DNA of 64,000 nucleotides from Heterodontus francisci. Its lineage: Eukaryota. A model generated the notes under the pieces. That model saw only the letters and a program-made list of their open reading frames with translations. It made no database searches and was not told the origin of the DNA. Location: the NCBI RefSeq assembly GCF_036365525.1, contig NC_090395.1, forward strand, positions 33,661,229 to 33,725,228, read 5' to 3'. Below, piece after piece: positions 1 through 13,524 of this stretch. A program made the position numbers and the translations under genes. Each line of letters opens with the position of its first letter. Positions within the stretch are counted from its first letter, which is position 1.

Positions 1-141
1 TTTAGGAATGCCTTAAAGGAGGAAAGAGAGTTAGAGCAACAGAGAGGTTTAGGGACGGAATTCCAGAGCTTAGGGCCTTGATAGCTGAAGGCGCAGCCCA
101 CACTGATGGAGCGATTTAAATTGGGAATGCTCACAAGACCA
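1..141 (-). mobile_element. L2 LINE, 3' portion, split by a CR1 insertion
   Basis: Similar to the L2 3' fragment at 30390-30735; continues at 13525 across the duplicated AGACCA. Confidence 0.75.
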
Positions 142-619
142 TAGGAGCAGGAGTAGGCCATTCAGCCCATCAAGCCTGCCCCGCCATTCAATGTGATCAC
201 GGCTGATCATCCACTTCAATGCCATTTTTTCATGCTATCCTCATATCCCCTTATGTCATTTGTATTTAGAAATCTGTCAACCTTTGCTTTAAACATACTC
301 AATGACTGAGCTTCCACAGCCCTCTGGGGTAGAGAATTCCTCTGAGTAAAGACATTTGTCCTCATCTCTCATAAGTGGCTTCCCCCTTATTTTGAAATTA
401 TGTCCCCTGGTTCTAGACTCCCCAACCAGGGGAAACATCTTAGCTGCATCTACCCTGTCTATCCCTTTAAGTATTTTGTAGGTTTCACTGAGATCACCTC
501 TCATTCTTCGAAACTCTGGAGAATACAGGCCCAGTTTCCCCAATCTCTCTTCATATGACAGTGGTGCCATCCCGGGAACAAGTCTGGTGAACCTTGGTTG
601 CACTCCCTCTATGGTAATA

Positions 620-1265
620 CTTCTTTCTTTCGTTGGCCCCTTTGTCTCAAGAGCCAATGGGTAAGTGCCTAGAGATGGTCAGTGGTTTGTGGAGCAGCGC
701 CTGGAGTAGCTATAAAGGCAAATTTTAGAGTGACAGACTTTTCCACAGGCTCTGCAGATAAAATTGGTTGTCGGGGCTGTTACACAGTTGGCTCTCTCCT
801 TGCACTTCTGTCTTTTTTCCTGCCAACTGCTAAGTCGCTTCGACTTGCCACTCTTTAGCCCCGCCTTTATGGCTGTCCGCCAGCTCTGGCGATCACTAGT
901 AACTGACTCCCACGATTTGTGGCCAATGTCACAGGACTTCATGTCGCATTTGCAGATGTCTTTAAAGCGGAGACATGGACGGCTGGTGGGTCTGATAGCA
1001 GTGACGAGCTCGCTGTACAATGCGTCCTTGGGGATCCTGCCATCTTCCATGCGGCCCACATGGCCAAGCCATCTCAGGCGCCGCTGGCTCAGTAGGTTGT
1101 ATATGCTGGGATGTGGGCTGCCTCTAGGACTTCTGCGTTGGAGATACAGTCCTGCCACCTGATACCAAGCATTCTCTGGAGGCAGCGAAGATGGAATGAG
1201 TTGAGACTTTGCTCCTGGCTGACATATGTTGTCCAGGCCTTGCTGCTGTAGAGCAAGGTACTGAG
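620..1265 (-). mobile_element. RTE-clade LINE, 5'-truncated
   Basis: SQRRLRWLGHVGRMEDGRIPKDALY and a C-terminal CxxC motif; TSD-like GGTAATA (613-619) / GGCAATA (1266-1272). Confidence 0.88.
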
Positions 1266-2499
1266 GGCAATAATATCCTTCCTAAGGTAAGTACACAGTA
1301 CTTACGCCAGGTGCAGTCTAACCAAGGTTCTATACTATTGAAGTAAGAATTCAGTACTTCTGTACTCAAATCGTCTTGCGATAAAGGCTAACATACCATT
1401 CGCCTTCCTAGTTGCTTGCTGCAACTGCATGTTAGCTTTCAGTGACTTATTGACAAGGACACCCAGGTCCCTTTGTACATCTACACTTTCTAATCTCTTA
1501 TCATTTAAAAAATACTCTGCACATCTATTCCTCCTACCAAAGTGGATAACCTCACATTTTTCCACATTATATTCCATCTGCCACATTCTTGCCCACTCAT
1601 GAAGACTGTCCAAATCCTCTTGAAGCCACTTTGCATCTTCCTCACAACTTATATTCCCACTTAGTTTTGTGTCATCCGCGATCTTGGAAATACTACATTT
1701 GGTCCCCACATCCAAATCATTGATATATATTGTGAACAGCTGGTGCCCAAGCACTGATCCCTGCAGTACCCCACTAGTCACAGCCTGCCAATGCAAGAAT
1801 GACCTGTTTATTCCTACGCTGTTTTCTGCCTGCTAACCAATCCTTAATCCACGCCAGTATATTACCTCCTATCCCATGTGCTTTAATTTTGCTAATCAAC
1901 CTCCTATGGGGACTTTATCAAAAGTCGTCTGAAAATCCAAGTATACCACATCCACCAACTCCCCTTTATCAATTCTGTTACTAATATCCTCAAAAAACTT
2001 CAACAGGTTCATCAAACATGATTTCCCCTTCATAAATCCATGTTGACTATGCCCAATCAGATCATTATTATCCAAGTGTCCAGTTATCACATCCTTTAGA
2101 ATAGATTCCAGCATTTTCCCAATGACTGATGTAAGGCTAACAGGTCTGTAATTCCCTGTTTTCCATCTTCCTCCCTTCTTAAAAAGTGAATGACATTTGC
2201 AATCTGCAGAAACCGCTCCAGAATCTGTAGAATTTTGGAAGATGATCACCAATGCTCCACTATCTCCATAGCTACTTCTTTCAACACTCTGGGATGTAGA
2301 ATATCAGGTCCTGGGGACATATTAACCTTCAGTCCCATTAATTTCTCCAATACAACCTTCTTACTAATACTAATTTCCTTCAATTCCTTATTCCCCCTAA
2401 TCCCTTGGATCTCCAATTCTGGGAGATTTCTTGTATCTTCCTCAGTGAAGACAGACACAAAGAATTCATTTAGGTTTTCTGCCATTTCTCTATTTCCCA

Positions 2500-3390
2500 T
2501 GTCACACAGACCCCCCAGCTGCCAAGAATAAGGCATATTAATTTTGTCATATGAACATTGATTTTAAACTGTCACTGGAGCGAGGAAATGACTTGTTGAA
2601 CAAATCAGCTGTGGCTGGAAAAAAACATTTACATACTAACAGACAGTGCATGTGGAGACAAAGGACCATTCCCTGACACATTCAACCCACAATGGACTTT
2701 GATCACCAGACATTGAAGGTGAGGAAGCTCACATTCCAGGATGACTGCTAAGATGGCCAAATTCACAAACAGATGTGGTGACATGACTATCCTACTGGGC
2801 AACCTGAGTTTTTTTGAATTGTACAGACAGTTTGAGAAAAAAAAGACTTTTTACTCCTGGACTGAGAAGACCTTTCTTGTTTGCCCCCATCTCTTTCTCA
2901 CGGAACTCCAAATACACTGAAGACGTGAACCTCGAGAGAAAAGTCTCCTACATCAAACAAGGTTCAAGAAGAATACTAGGCCCCAATGAAAAGCAAGATC
3001 TACCTACAATCAAGGACTCTACAGTGAGCTCGAAGAACAGTAAATGAAACCAACCTCAAATATTGCCTCAAACTTTTCCACTTTATTTTTTCTGCTCTTT
3101 TCTGTCTCTATCTGCACGTGTATCGCGTATACATGCTAGCTTGGGTGCATTGCGTATCCGTAGGCATTAACCGAATTAGAGTTTAAGTTGAATAAAGTTC
3201 AATCTTTCTTCTTTAATGCTAAGAAAACCTGTTTGGCTGGTTTCTTTGCCTTACAATTGGAAGGCAGTGAACAATGATTCACTAAGGGGAAGCTAAAAAA
3301 AATGGTGTGTTTAAAATAAAACCCTGCTATGGTAAAACTAGGTGAAGGCTGAGAGGGAATGCTAGATGCCTTTCTCACCGAGTCATAGTA
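2500..3390 (+). repeat. 5' LTR
   Basis: Direct repeat of 6716-7618; starts TGTCA; AATAAA near 3191. Confidence 0.92.
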
Positions 3391-3396
3391 GAAATT

Positions 3397-3416
3397 TGGG
3401 GGCTACCATCCTGGAT
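3397..3416 (+). promoter_or_regulatory. Primer-binding site, degenerate tRNA-Pro type
   Basis: TGGGGGCTACCATCCTGGAT versus canonical TGGGGGCTCGTCCGGGAT, just inside the 5' LTR. Confidence 0.7.
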
Positions 3417-3531
3417 TTTACCCATGGACAAATGAGAGAAATTGGAAGTGGGAAGCCAAATTGTTCCCAAACAAAAAAGAGCAAGATTTCAGTCCAGGTT
3501 TTCTTGTGGTTGTGTGTGCTTGAATACTAAT

Positions 3532-5890
3532 ATGTCTACAACTGAAGCTAGCCCAAGCCAGGGTGAAGTAACTTGTGATAAGTTAAAGCTAATGTCTATG
3601 GAGGAGTTGCAGAAAAATGGCTGAGCAGTGTGGGATCACTGTACATGAGGAAGTCTGAACTCATAAGACTAGTGGCCAACCATTTTTCCCTTGAATCTGA
3701 AGAAGCAGAAATAGGGTTAGAAGTAGACCCAGACAGGGTACTGCTAGAAAAGATACAATTGGAACAAAGGAAACTTGAATTTGAGAAGAGAGAGAAAGAA
3801 GGGGCCTACCTGAAAGAATGTGAGGAAAGAGAAAGACAGGAGAAAGAAAGAGAGATAGGAGAGAGAACCAGAAAGAACCATCCAGAAAGAATGGGAATAA
3901 AGACAGCTGAAACGACATGAGTTAACTAGGGGGCGACAGAGTAACCCCAATGAAAACATGGCCAATATGGAGGAGCGTACTTCATGGCTGGGTACAGAAT
4001 TGTTAAACTATCTCAACTAAGCCCAACATTCAATGAGGGAGACGTAGAAGCTTTTTTGTGTCTTCTGAGAAACTGGCAAGGCAGCTAAAATGGCCAGCTG
4101 AGACCTGGCCTCTTTTATTACAAAGCAAGCTAACCAGAAAAGCCCATGAGGTTTATTCCCTGTTGCCAGATGAAAGTTCATCAAATTATGAACTGACAAA
4201 AAATGCTATCCTTGGGGCATATGAATTAGTACCTGAAGCCTATCACCACAAGTTTAGTATCGTCAAGAAGCAAGCTAGTCAAACTTATCTGGAGTTTGAA
4301 AGAAGTAAGCAGCTGGCTTTTGACCAGTGGCTGAAGGCTCTTAAAGTACAGCTCCGCGATGAGAATCTCAGAGAAGTAATTCTGTTAGATGAATTTAAAC
4401 ACTTTCTCCCACTCTCCCTAATGACCCATGTAGAGGAGCAGTGGGTTCAGAGAACCCAGAAAGCAGCCATTCTGGCTGGTGAGTTTGCTGTAATTTATAA
4501 GTCAGTTTCCCAGGGGAAAAGCTTTCCTAGTCACCCCCACAAATCCAAAAAGGACAAGGGGTGGGAAGGTGATTGGAGCCCAAGCAGTCCTGGAAGAGAA
4601 AGAACAGCAGGAGATACGGGGGTCCTCCTCTGACCAAAAAGGAAGGTGCTGTGAGCAGAAGTGAGACCTATTGTAATAAGGCAGGTCATCTAAAAACTGA
4701 CTGCTGGAAATTCAAGGGAAAACCTGTAGGGTTAATCAGGGCACATCCGCTCAGTGAAGAAGGAATCCTGGAGGTGAGCACAACAGAGCAAGCTGTAGCT
4801 TTATTAACAGCAATAAGAGTGCAACCCAGGAAGAATACTACTGCAAGTGCAGGGAAAGTTAATAGGATTCCTGAAGGCTATCAGGGTTTTGTGTCTGAAG
4901 GGAATGTAACCCCATACCCCTCAAGTGGGGCAAGCAAGCCCATAGTAATTCTCAGGGACACAGGGGTCACTAGATCCCTTTTACTGCGAAAAGGCCTGAT
5001 CTTTCCCCCAGAGAGTGCAGTGAACACCAGAATGGTGGTGAATGGTATTGGAGGGCAGTGTATGTCTGTACCTGTACACCGGGTGCACCTGGAGTGCGAC
5101 CTAGTTTCCTGACCGGTGACCATAGGGATTGTCCCTAGTTTGCCTGTGGACGGGGTTGACCTGCTCCTAGGTAATGATCTGGCAGGGGTGAAGGTGGTAG
5201 CCTCCCTGTAGTAAAAGAGAGACCGCAGGAAGTCAGAAAGACAGTGCAGCGGCAGACCGTCCCCTGCAGTTTCCCTGAATGTGTAATGAGTGAGGCCATG
5301 ATCAAACCAGCTCCCCCGAGGAGACTGAATTGGCACTGCAGGCAGGTGACCATGAGGTCTGTCTGTCTGAGACTTTCTTTGGGAAGTTAGAAGACCCAGG
5401 GAGTGAATTAAATAAATTTTCCCCAGCTGAGGCTCAGCAAGCCGACCTAGTATTGCAAGTTAGCACAGGCTGCCCAGTCTGAAAGTGAAGCAGCGGGAGT
5501 CACTGATTGCTATTATTTAAAGAATGAGATACTGATGAGGAAATTGAATTCTCCTCACAGACCTGAGAGCAATGAATGGACAGTAGTTCAGCAGTTAGTG
5601 GTGCCACAGAGGTAGCGGAGAGAAATATTAAGAAGGGCCCACAAGACTACTGTGGCTGTACATGTCAGTATACGAAAGACCAAGCCCACATAAGACTACA
5701 GTTTGACTGGCCAAAACGCCACAAAGATGTGGTGGAATACTGCAGCAGTTGCCACATGTGCTAGGTTGAGGGGAAACCCCAACCTACAGTGAAACCTGCA
5801 CCCCTAAGTTCTGTACCGGTGTTAGAAAGACCCTCCAGCAGAGGGCTGGTGAACTATAAGGGACTCCCGCCGAGAACAAAAGTGGATAGG
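3532..5890 (+). pseudogene. Disrupted gag (SCAN-like, Zn knuckle) - protease - integrase Zn-binding region
   Basis: WPAETWPLLLQSKL...AYELVPEAYHHKF; YCNKAGHLKTDC; ILRDTG; FDWP..KDVVEYCSSCHMC..KPAPL; many frameshifts. Confidence 0.85.
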
Positions 5891-6715
5891 CAGGCACAAG
5901 GCTGGCATAGGGTTAGAAAGAGGAGAAGAAGCAACCAAGAGGGCAGGTTAAAGGAAGTCCAGGAGGATTCCGGAAGAAAACCCCAACTGTCAGCCAACCC
6001 CAAAAAATTTGAAACACTAGACCCCACATCCTCCTATATAAATGCAGACACTAGAAGCACCCCACCAGAGTTGCGAACAGCATTTACAGGAACCTGCAGA
6101 GACAAAGAAACACCTCTAGGGGGCAGAGAAACCATGAGGGTGATGCCTCACCCAGTCGAAGTGCCACAGGGGACTGCAGTAGTGTCTGCACAAATACCTG
6201 CAGGCAAGAGTGTCCCAGAGGACAAAGAGGAGATTAGCAAAGAATCCTTCCCCACAGTCCAAAAAAAAGAGAACCACCCATCCCTTGAAGTAAAAAGCCT
6301 TAGCATGACTCAGCAAAGCACTGAGTGAGAGTTCAGGATAGACCCGCCCACCACTGACATTCCTGAAAAAAATAATTCAACTTAGGGCTAAATAAATCTA
6401 ACCCTCTCCCCCACTTTGCAGACCTCAACAGGAACAAAGACCCTCGGCAATCATGGAAATAGGCAAACTGAAGAACAACTTCCCCAAAGAACCACATGTT
6501 TACTGGGATGCAAAAAAGGGGGTAGTTAAATCAGCAGTGCCACCAAGAAAAGACAGGCTGTAATAAGTTTTAGGATTTATGAATGAATGTGAATGAATGA
6601 GAGAGAGAGAGAGAGACGCATGCTTTTCTCCTGTATATTATATTTTCTCTCTTGACCCTTTTTTTAATGAAATGCGCTTTTCTCAAATTGCATTTCATTC
6701 CACTGGGTGCGGAGG

Positions 6716-7618
6716 TGTCATGCAGACCCCCCAGCTGCCAAGAATGAGGCATATTAATTTTATCATATGAACATCGATTTTAAATTGTTGCTGGAGCGAG
6801 GAAATTACTTGTTAAACAGATCAGCCATAGCTGGAAAAAACATTTACATACTAACAGACAGTGCGTGTGGAGGCAAAGGACCATTCCCTGACATATTCAG
6901 CCCACAATGGACTTTGATCACCAGACAATGAAGGTGAAGAAGCTTACATTCCAGGTTTTTTGCTGAGATGGCCGAATCCATAAACAGACATGGTCAAACC
7001 AGCTAGTCACATGACTAACCTGCTGGGCAACCTGAGTTTTTTTGAATTGTACAGACAGTTTGAGAAAAAAAGACTGTTTGCTCCTGGACTGAGAAGACAT
7101 CTCCTGTCTGCTCCCATCTCTTTCTCACGGAGCTCCAAATACACTGAAGATGTGAACCTCGAGAGAAAGGTCTCCTACATCAAACAAGGTTCAAGAATAA
7201 TACTGGGCCCCAACGAGAAGTAAGATCTACCAACAATCAAAGACTCTACAACGAGATCGAAGAACAGTAACCGAAACCATCTTCAGATATTGCTCAAACT
7301 TTTCCACTTTATTTTTTCTGCTCTTTTCTGTCTCTATCTGTACGCGTGCATCACATATACATGCTAGTGTGGGTGCATTGCATATCCGTAGGCATTAGCC
7401 AAATTACAGCTTACGTTTAATAAAGTTCAACCTTTCTTCTTTAAACTTAAGAAAACCTGTTTGGCTGGTTTCTTTGCCTTACAATTGGAAAGCAGTGAAC
7501 AAGGATTCACTAAGGGGAGCTAAAAAAAAACTGTATGTTTAAAATAAAACCCTGTTATGGTAAGACCAGGTGAAGGCTGAGAGGGAACTCTAGACCCCTT
7601 TCTCACCGGTTTGTAACA
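6716..7618 (+). repeat. 3' LTR
   Basis: Starts TGTCA, ends TGTAACA; direct repeat of 2500-3390. Confidence 0.92.
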
Positions 7619-8118
7619 CCCGTTATAAATTCTCCTGGCTCTGCCTGTATTAGACCCACATTTGTCTTAGCCAAATGTTTCCTTTTTATGTACCTGTAGA
7701 AGCTTTTACAGGCCGTTTTTATATTTTTTGCTAACTTACATTCATATTCTATTCTCCCTTTCTCTATCAGTTTCTTCATCCTCCTTTGCTATATTCTGAA
7801 ATCCTCCCAATCATCAGGTTTACTACTATTTCTGGCAACTTTATAGACCTTTTCTTTTAATCTTACACAATCCTTAACTTCATGGTTGACTGCCTTTACT
7901 TTTGGGGTTTTTGTGCCTTGAAGGAATGTATGGTTGCTGTAAACTATGTAATAATTCTTTAAAGACTATCCATTGCCTATGTACTGTCATACGTTTTAAT
8001 GTATTTTCCCAATCCACCTCAGCCAATTTGCCCCTCATACCTTCATAATTTCCTTTGTTCAAATTTAACACCCTGGCTTCAGATTGAACTACCTCACTTT
8101 CAAACATAATGTAAAATT

Positions 8119-11100
8119 AGAATCATAGAGTCGTACAGCATAGAAACAGGCCCTTCGGCCCACCGTGTCCATGCCGACCATAATGCCTATCTATACTAAT
8201 CCCACCTGCCTGCATTAATTCCATATCCCTCTATGCCTTGCTCATTCAAGTACCTGTCCAGATGCCTCTTACATGTTGCTACTGTTCCTGCCTCCACCAC
8301 CTCCTCTGGCAGCTCATTCCAGATACCCACTATTCTTTGTGTGAAAGATTTACCCCTTTGATCCCCTTTAAACCTCCTCCCTCTCACCTTAAATCTATGC
8401 CCTCTAGTTTTAGTCACTCCTACCATGGGAAACAGACTCTGACTATCTACCCTATCTATGCCTCTCATAATTTTATATACCTCTATCATGTCCCCTCTCA
8501 GCCTCCTTCGCTCCAGGGAAAACAGACCCAGCCTATCCAATCTCTCTTTATAACTCAAACCCTCCAAACCAGTCAACATCCTTGTGAATCTTTTCTGCAC
8601 CCTCTCTAGCTTAATCACATCTTTCCTGTATTGCGGTGACCAGAACTGCACACAGTACTCCAAATGCAGCCTAACCAACGTTATGCACAACTGTAACATG
8701 ACGTCCCAACTCTTGTACTCAATGCCTTGGCCAATGAAGGCAAGCATGCCATACGCCTTCTTCACCACCCTGTCTACCTGTGTTGCCACTGTACTTGCAC
8801 CCCAAGGTCTCTCTGCTCAACAACTCTGCCCAGGGCCCTGCCATTCACTGTATATGTCCTGCCCTGGTTTAACTTCCCAAAATGCATCACTTCGCACTTG
8901 TCTGCATTAAATTTCATTTGCCAATCCCTTGCCCACTTTCCCAGTTGATCTATATCCTGTTGTAACCTTAGACAATCTTCTTCACTGTCCACTATACCAC
9001 CAATTTTGGTGTCATCTGCATCTAATCATGCCCCCTACATTCACATCCAAGTCATTAATATATATGACAAACAACAGAGGGCCCAGCACCGATCCCTGCG
9101 GCACACCACTGGTCACCGGCCTCCAATCTGAAAAGCAACCCTCCACTACCACCCTCTGCCTCCTATCACCAAGCCAATTTTGTATCCAGTTGGCTAGCTC
9201 ACCCACGATCCCATATGTTCGAACCTTCCAGACCAGCCTACCATGCAGGACCTTGTCAAAGGCCTTGCTAAAGTCCATGTAGGCAACATACACAGCCCTG
9301 CCCTCGTCAATCCTCTTGGTCACCTCCTCAAAAAACTCAATCAAATTCGTAAGTCATGATTTCCCACGCACAAAGCCATGCTGACTATCCCTAATCAGAC
9401 CTTGCCTTTCCAAATGCATATAAATCCTGTCTCTCAGAATCCCTTCCAATAACTTCCCCACCACTGATGGAAGGCTCACCAGCCTGTAGTTCCCTGGCTT
9501 ATCCCTGCTGCCCTTCTTAAATAAAGGCACAACATTAGCTATCCTCCAGTCTTCCAGTACCTCACCCGTGGCTAACGATGATACAAAAATCTCTGCCAGG
9601 TCCCCAGCAATCTCTTCCCTTGCTTCCCATAGCATCCTAGGATACACCTGGTCAGGCCCTGGGGATCTATCCACCTTAATGCGCTTCAAAACCTCCAACA
9701 CCTCCTCTTTTGTAATGTTGATATGCTCCAGGATATCGCTGTTCCCTCCTTTGAACTCACTTACTTCCATGACCTTCTCCACTGTAAATACAGACGAGAA
9801 GTATTCATTTAAGACCTCGCCCATTTCCCGTGGCTCCACACATAGATTACCACACTGATCCTTAAGGGGACCTACTCTCTTCCTAGCTACCCTTTTACTC
9901 TTAATTTACTTATAGAATCTTTTAAGATTCTCCTTTATCTTATCTGCCAGGGAAATCTCATGGCCCCTTTTCGCCCTCCTAATTTCCTTGTTAAGTGTAC
10001 TCCTACATCCCCTATACTCCTCGAGGGACTCGCTTGATCCCAGCTGCCTATCCCTGACATATGCCTCCTTCTTTGTCCTGACCAGACCCTCAATATCCCT
10101 CGTCAACCAAAGTTCCCTAAACGTGCCAGCCTTGCCCTTCAATCTAACAGGAACATGCTGGCCCTGAACTCTTCCTATCTCACTTTTAAAAGCCTCCCAT
10201 TTGCCAGATGTCCCTTTACCTGTAAACAGCCTCTCCCATTCAACTTTTGAGAGTTCCTGTCTCATGCCATCAAAATTAGCCTTCCCCCAATTTAGGACTT
10301 CAACCTGAGGACCAGTCCTATCCTTTTCCATAACTATCTTGAAGCTAATAGAGTTATGGTTACTGGTCCCAAAGTGTTCCCCCACTGACACATCAACCAC
10401 CTGCCCAGCCTCATTTCCTAAGAGGAAGTCGAGTGTAGCCCCTTCTCTAGTAGGACCATCCATATACTGCTTCAGAAAACTATCCTGGACACACTTAACA
10501 AATTCTTCCCCATCTGATCCCTTAGCACTAAGGCAGTCCCAGTCAATATTAGAGAAGTTAAAATCACCTACTATTACAACCCTATAATTCCTACACCTAT
10601 CGTGATTTCCCTACATATATGCTCCTCCAATTCCCTCTGACTATTGGGGAGCCTATAGTATAATCCCATCAAAGTGATCACCCCTTTCTTATTTCTAAGT
10701 TCTACCCATATGTCCTCGCTGGACATTCCCCCCGGGATATCCTCTCTAAGTACTACCGTGATGTCCTCCCTAATCAATAATGCAACTCCCCCTCCTCTCT
10801 TACTTCCACCTCTGTCACGCCGGAAGCATCGGTACCCCGGAACATTGAGCTGCTGGTCCTGCCCATCCCTCAACCACGTTTCCATAATAGCTATAATATC
10901 ACAATCCCATGCACCGATCCATGCTCTGAGTTCATCTGCCTTACCTGTAAGGCTTCTTGCATTAAAGTAAATGCAGTTTAGCCTACCAGACCTTCCACAC
11001 TCCTAGTCCTGCCCCTGCCCGGCCTGCCTACTGGACTTGCTTGCTTTAATCTCTACATTTGCCTCAACTATCTCATCGGAGAGAATACTACTTTGGGTCC

Positions 11101-11373
11101 CACCCCCTTCCAGACTAGTTTAAACCCTTCCGAGTAGTACCAGCAAACCTCCCCACAAGGATATTGGTCCCCTTCCAGTTCAGATGCAACCCGTCCCTCT
11201 TGTACAGGTCACCTCTGCACCAGAAGAGATCCCATAGATCCAAGTAGCTGAAGCCCTCCCGCCTACACCAACTCTTCAACCACGCATTAATTTGCCTTAT
11301 CCTCCTATTCCTACCCTCACTAGCATGTGGCACAGGGAGTAATCCTGAGATTACAACCCTAGAGGTCCTGCTT
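8119..11373 (-). mobile_element. CR1 LINE (copy B), truncated within ORF1, inserted in copy A
   Basis: Complete EN-RT path in pieces (8196-10885) plus the esterase C terminus (11115-11333). The host frame SDHNMIE|FYIMFESE rejoins on removal. Confidence 0.9.
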
Positions 11374-12165
11374 CTATCATATTATGGTCACTCATCCCTA
11401 AAGGTTCTTTTGCAACAAGATTATTAATTAGCCTTTTCTCATTACATAAAATTAGATCTAAAATAGCCTGTTCTCTAGTCGGCTCCTCAACATACTGCTC
11501 TAGAAAACCATCCTTACCACACTCCAGAAACTCATCCTCCACAGCATTACTGCTCATTAGGTTTACTCACTCTATATGCAGATTGACATCACTCATGATT
11601 ACTGTATTACCCATGTTACATGCTTCTCTAATCTCCTGATTAATACCATGCCCCACACTACCACTACTGTTTGGTGGCCTATAAACAACTCCTACCAAAG
11701 TTTGCTGCCCCTTGCTGATTCTTAGCTCCACCCAAATAGATTCCACATTTTGTTCTTCCGATCTGAGATCCTCCCTTACTAATGTACTGATTCCATCCCT
11801 TATTATCAGTGCAACACCACCTCCTTTTCCTTTTGGCCTGTCCTTCCTAAATGTTGAATATCCTTGAATATTCAGTTCCCAGTCTTGGTCACACTGTAGC
11901 TATGTTCCCGATATGGAAATTAGATCATACCCATTTACCTCTATTTGGGCCTTTAAATCATCTACCTTGTTGTGAATGCTGTGTGCATTCAGGTAGAGTG
12001 CCTGTAATCTTGTCGTCTTGATATTATTCTGCATTCTAAGCCTAGTTGATGCTCGCCTTTGTTTCGCCTCCCTTCTAATCTCACTTACTACTTTTCTACC
12101 TCCTGTTACCAGCTTTACTTCCTTCCAATTTGAGCGAACCCTCAGGCGCCCACCCCCCTGATAAG

Positions 12166-13050
12166 CTAGTTTAAATCCTCCCCAACAGCACGAGCAAATC
12201 TCCCTGCGAGGATATTAATTCTGGTCCTGTTAAGGTGTAGCCCATCCATCTTGTACAGGTCCCACCTGTCCAAGAACCGGTCCCAATGCCTCAGAAATCT
12301 GATGCCCTCCGTCCTACACCAATTTTCCAGCCACAGGTTAGCACGTGGCACTGGGAGTATTCCTGAGATTACTGCTTTGGAGGTCCTGCTTTTTAATTTC
12401 CTTCCTAACTCCCTAAAATCTGCTTTCAGGACCTCATCCTTCTTCCAACCTATGTCATTGTGGACCATGACCTCTGGCTGTTCACCCTCCCCCAGAAGGA
12501 TGCCCTGCAGCTGCTCCATGACATCCTTGACCCTGGAACCAGGGAGGTAACATACCATCCTGGAATCACGTTTACTGCTGCAGAAATGGCTGTCTGATCA
12601 CTTCACTATTGAATCCCCTATCATTATTGCTCTCCCACTCTTCTTCCTTCCTTCCTGTGCAGCTGAGCCATCCGTGGTGTCACAGACTTTGCTCTGGCTG
12701 TACTCCCCCGAGGAACCATCGCTCTTACCAGTATCCAAAATGGAAAACCGATTAGCAAGCAAGATAGACTCAGGGGACTCCTGCACTGCCTGCCCGGTTC
12801 TCTTAGACTGCCCGGTGGTCACCCATTCCCTCTCTGCCTGCATGCTCCTAACCTGCGGTGTAACCACCGCCCTTAATGCGTTATCCACGTAGTCCTCTGC
12901 CTCGCAGATGCACAACAGTGACTCCAGCCACCGCTCGAGTTCCGAAAACCGGAGCTCAAGCTTCTGCAGCTGGTGACACTTCCTGCAGATGTGTTCGTCT
13001 TCCCACAGACCACAGGACGTACATTCCACTTGGCCAAGCTGACCTGCCAT
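12166..13050 (-). pseudogene. CR1 ORF1 remnant (Cys-rich N terminus, coiled coil, SGNH/GDSL esterase)
   Basis: CTSCGLW..HICRKC, IGDSIVK and DGLHLN motifs; disrupted. Confidence 0.85.
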
Positions 13051-13524
13051 AACGTAACTTTAAAAACTTTTCATTACAATGAGAAGTAAAATAACTTACC
13101 AATTATTCACCAATCAACTTCCTCCCCTGTACTGAAGAGAGAGGCAGCTACTGGAGGCTGAAAAAAGGTAGAAGAAAGAAAGAAAGGATCCCCTCCCTCA
13201 CACACCAAACTCCCACTTTACACTCTGTGCACTCAAATGTATTTTATTCTTAATTTATGGTTCCCCTCCTGACCAAACTCCCTCAATTACCAAACTCCCT
13301 TCTTAACACTCTCTGCCCTCCAGCAGCACTCAGTGCAGAAAAGCAGCACTGAGAGTCCCCTCAATTTATACTCTGAAAACAATGCTGTGTCAGCTCTGCT
13401 AGAGCTCTGCTACAGCTCAGAACCCAGTTTAAGCTAGCTACCTAATTAACTAACAAAAATTGTCTTGAGAGATTAAACCTTAGAATTCATTCACTTGCCA
13501 AACCCCCTTCTTCACACTCAGTGC

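Larger units (their letters stand above)
2500..7618 (+). mobile_element. Ty3/Gypsy Gmr1-like LTR retrotransposon, internally deleted (gag-SCAN, protease, integrase N terminus; no RT)
   Basis: Two LTRs of about 0.9 kb, TG...CA ends, 4-bp TSD CCCA/CCCG, degenerate tRNA-Pro PBS, purine-rich tract before the 3' LTR. Confidence 0.9.
142..13524 (-). mobile_element. Full-length CR1 LINE (copy A, about 4.3 kb of own sequence) carrying three nested insertions
   Basis: Endonuclease (EN)/RT pieces at 289-2499, 7623-8118 and 11374-12000; ORF1 at 12166-13050. Flanked by AGACCA at 136-141 and 13525-13530. Reading frames rejoin across each insertion. Confidence 0.88.

Noticed and set aside
2500-7618. APOBEC-type G-to-A hypermutation of the nearby LTR element
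   Set aside because: LTR differences go in both directions and are CpG-linked; proximity to APOBEC2 implies no causal link.
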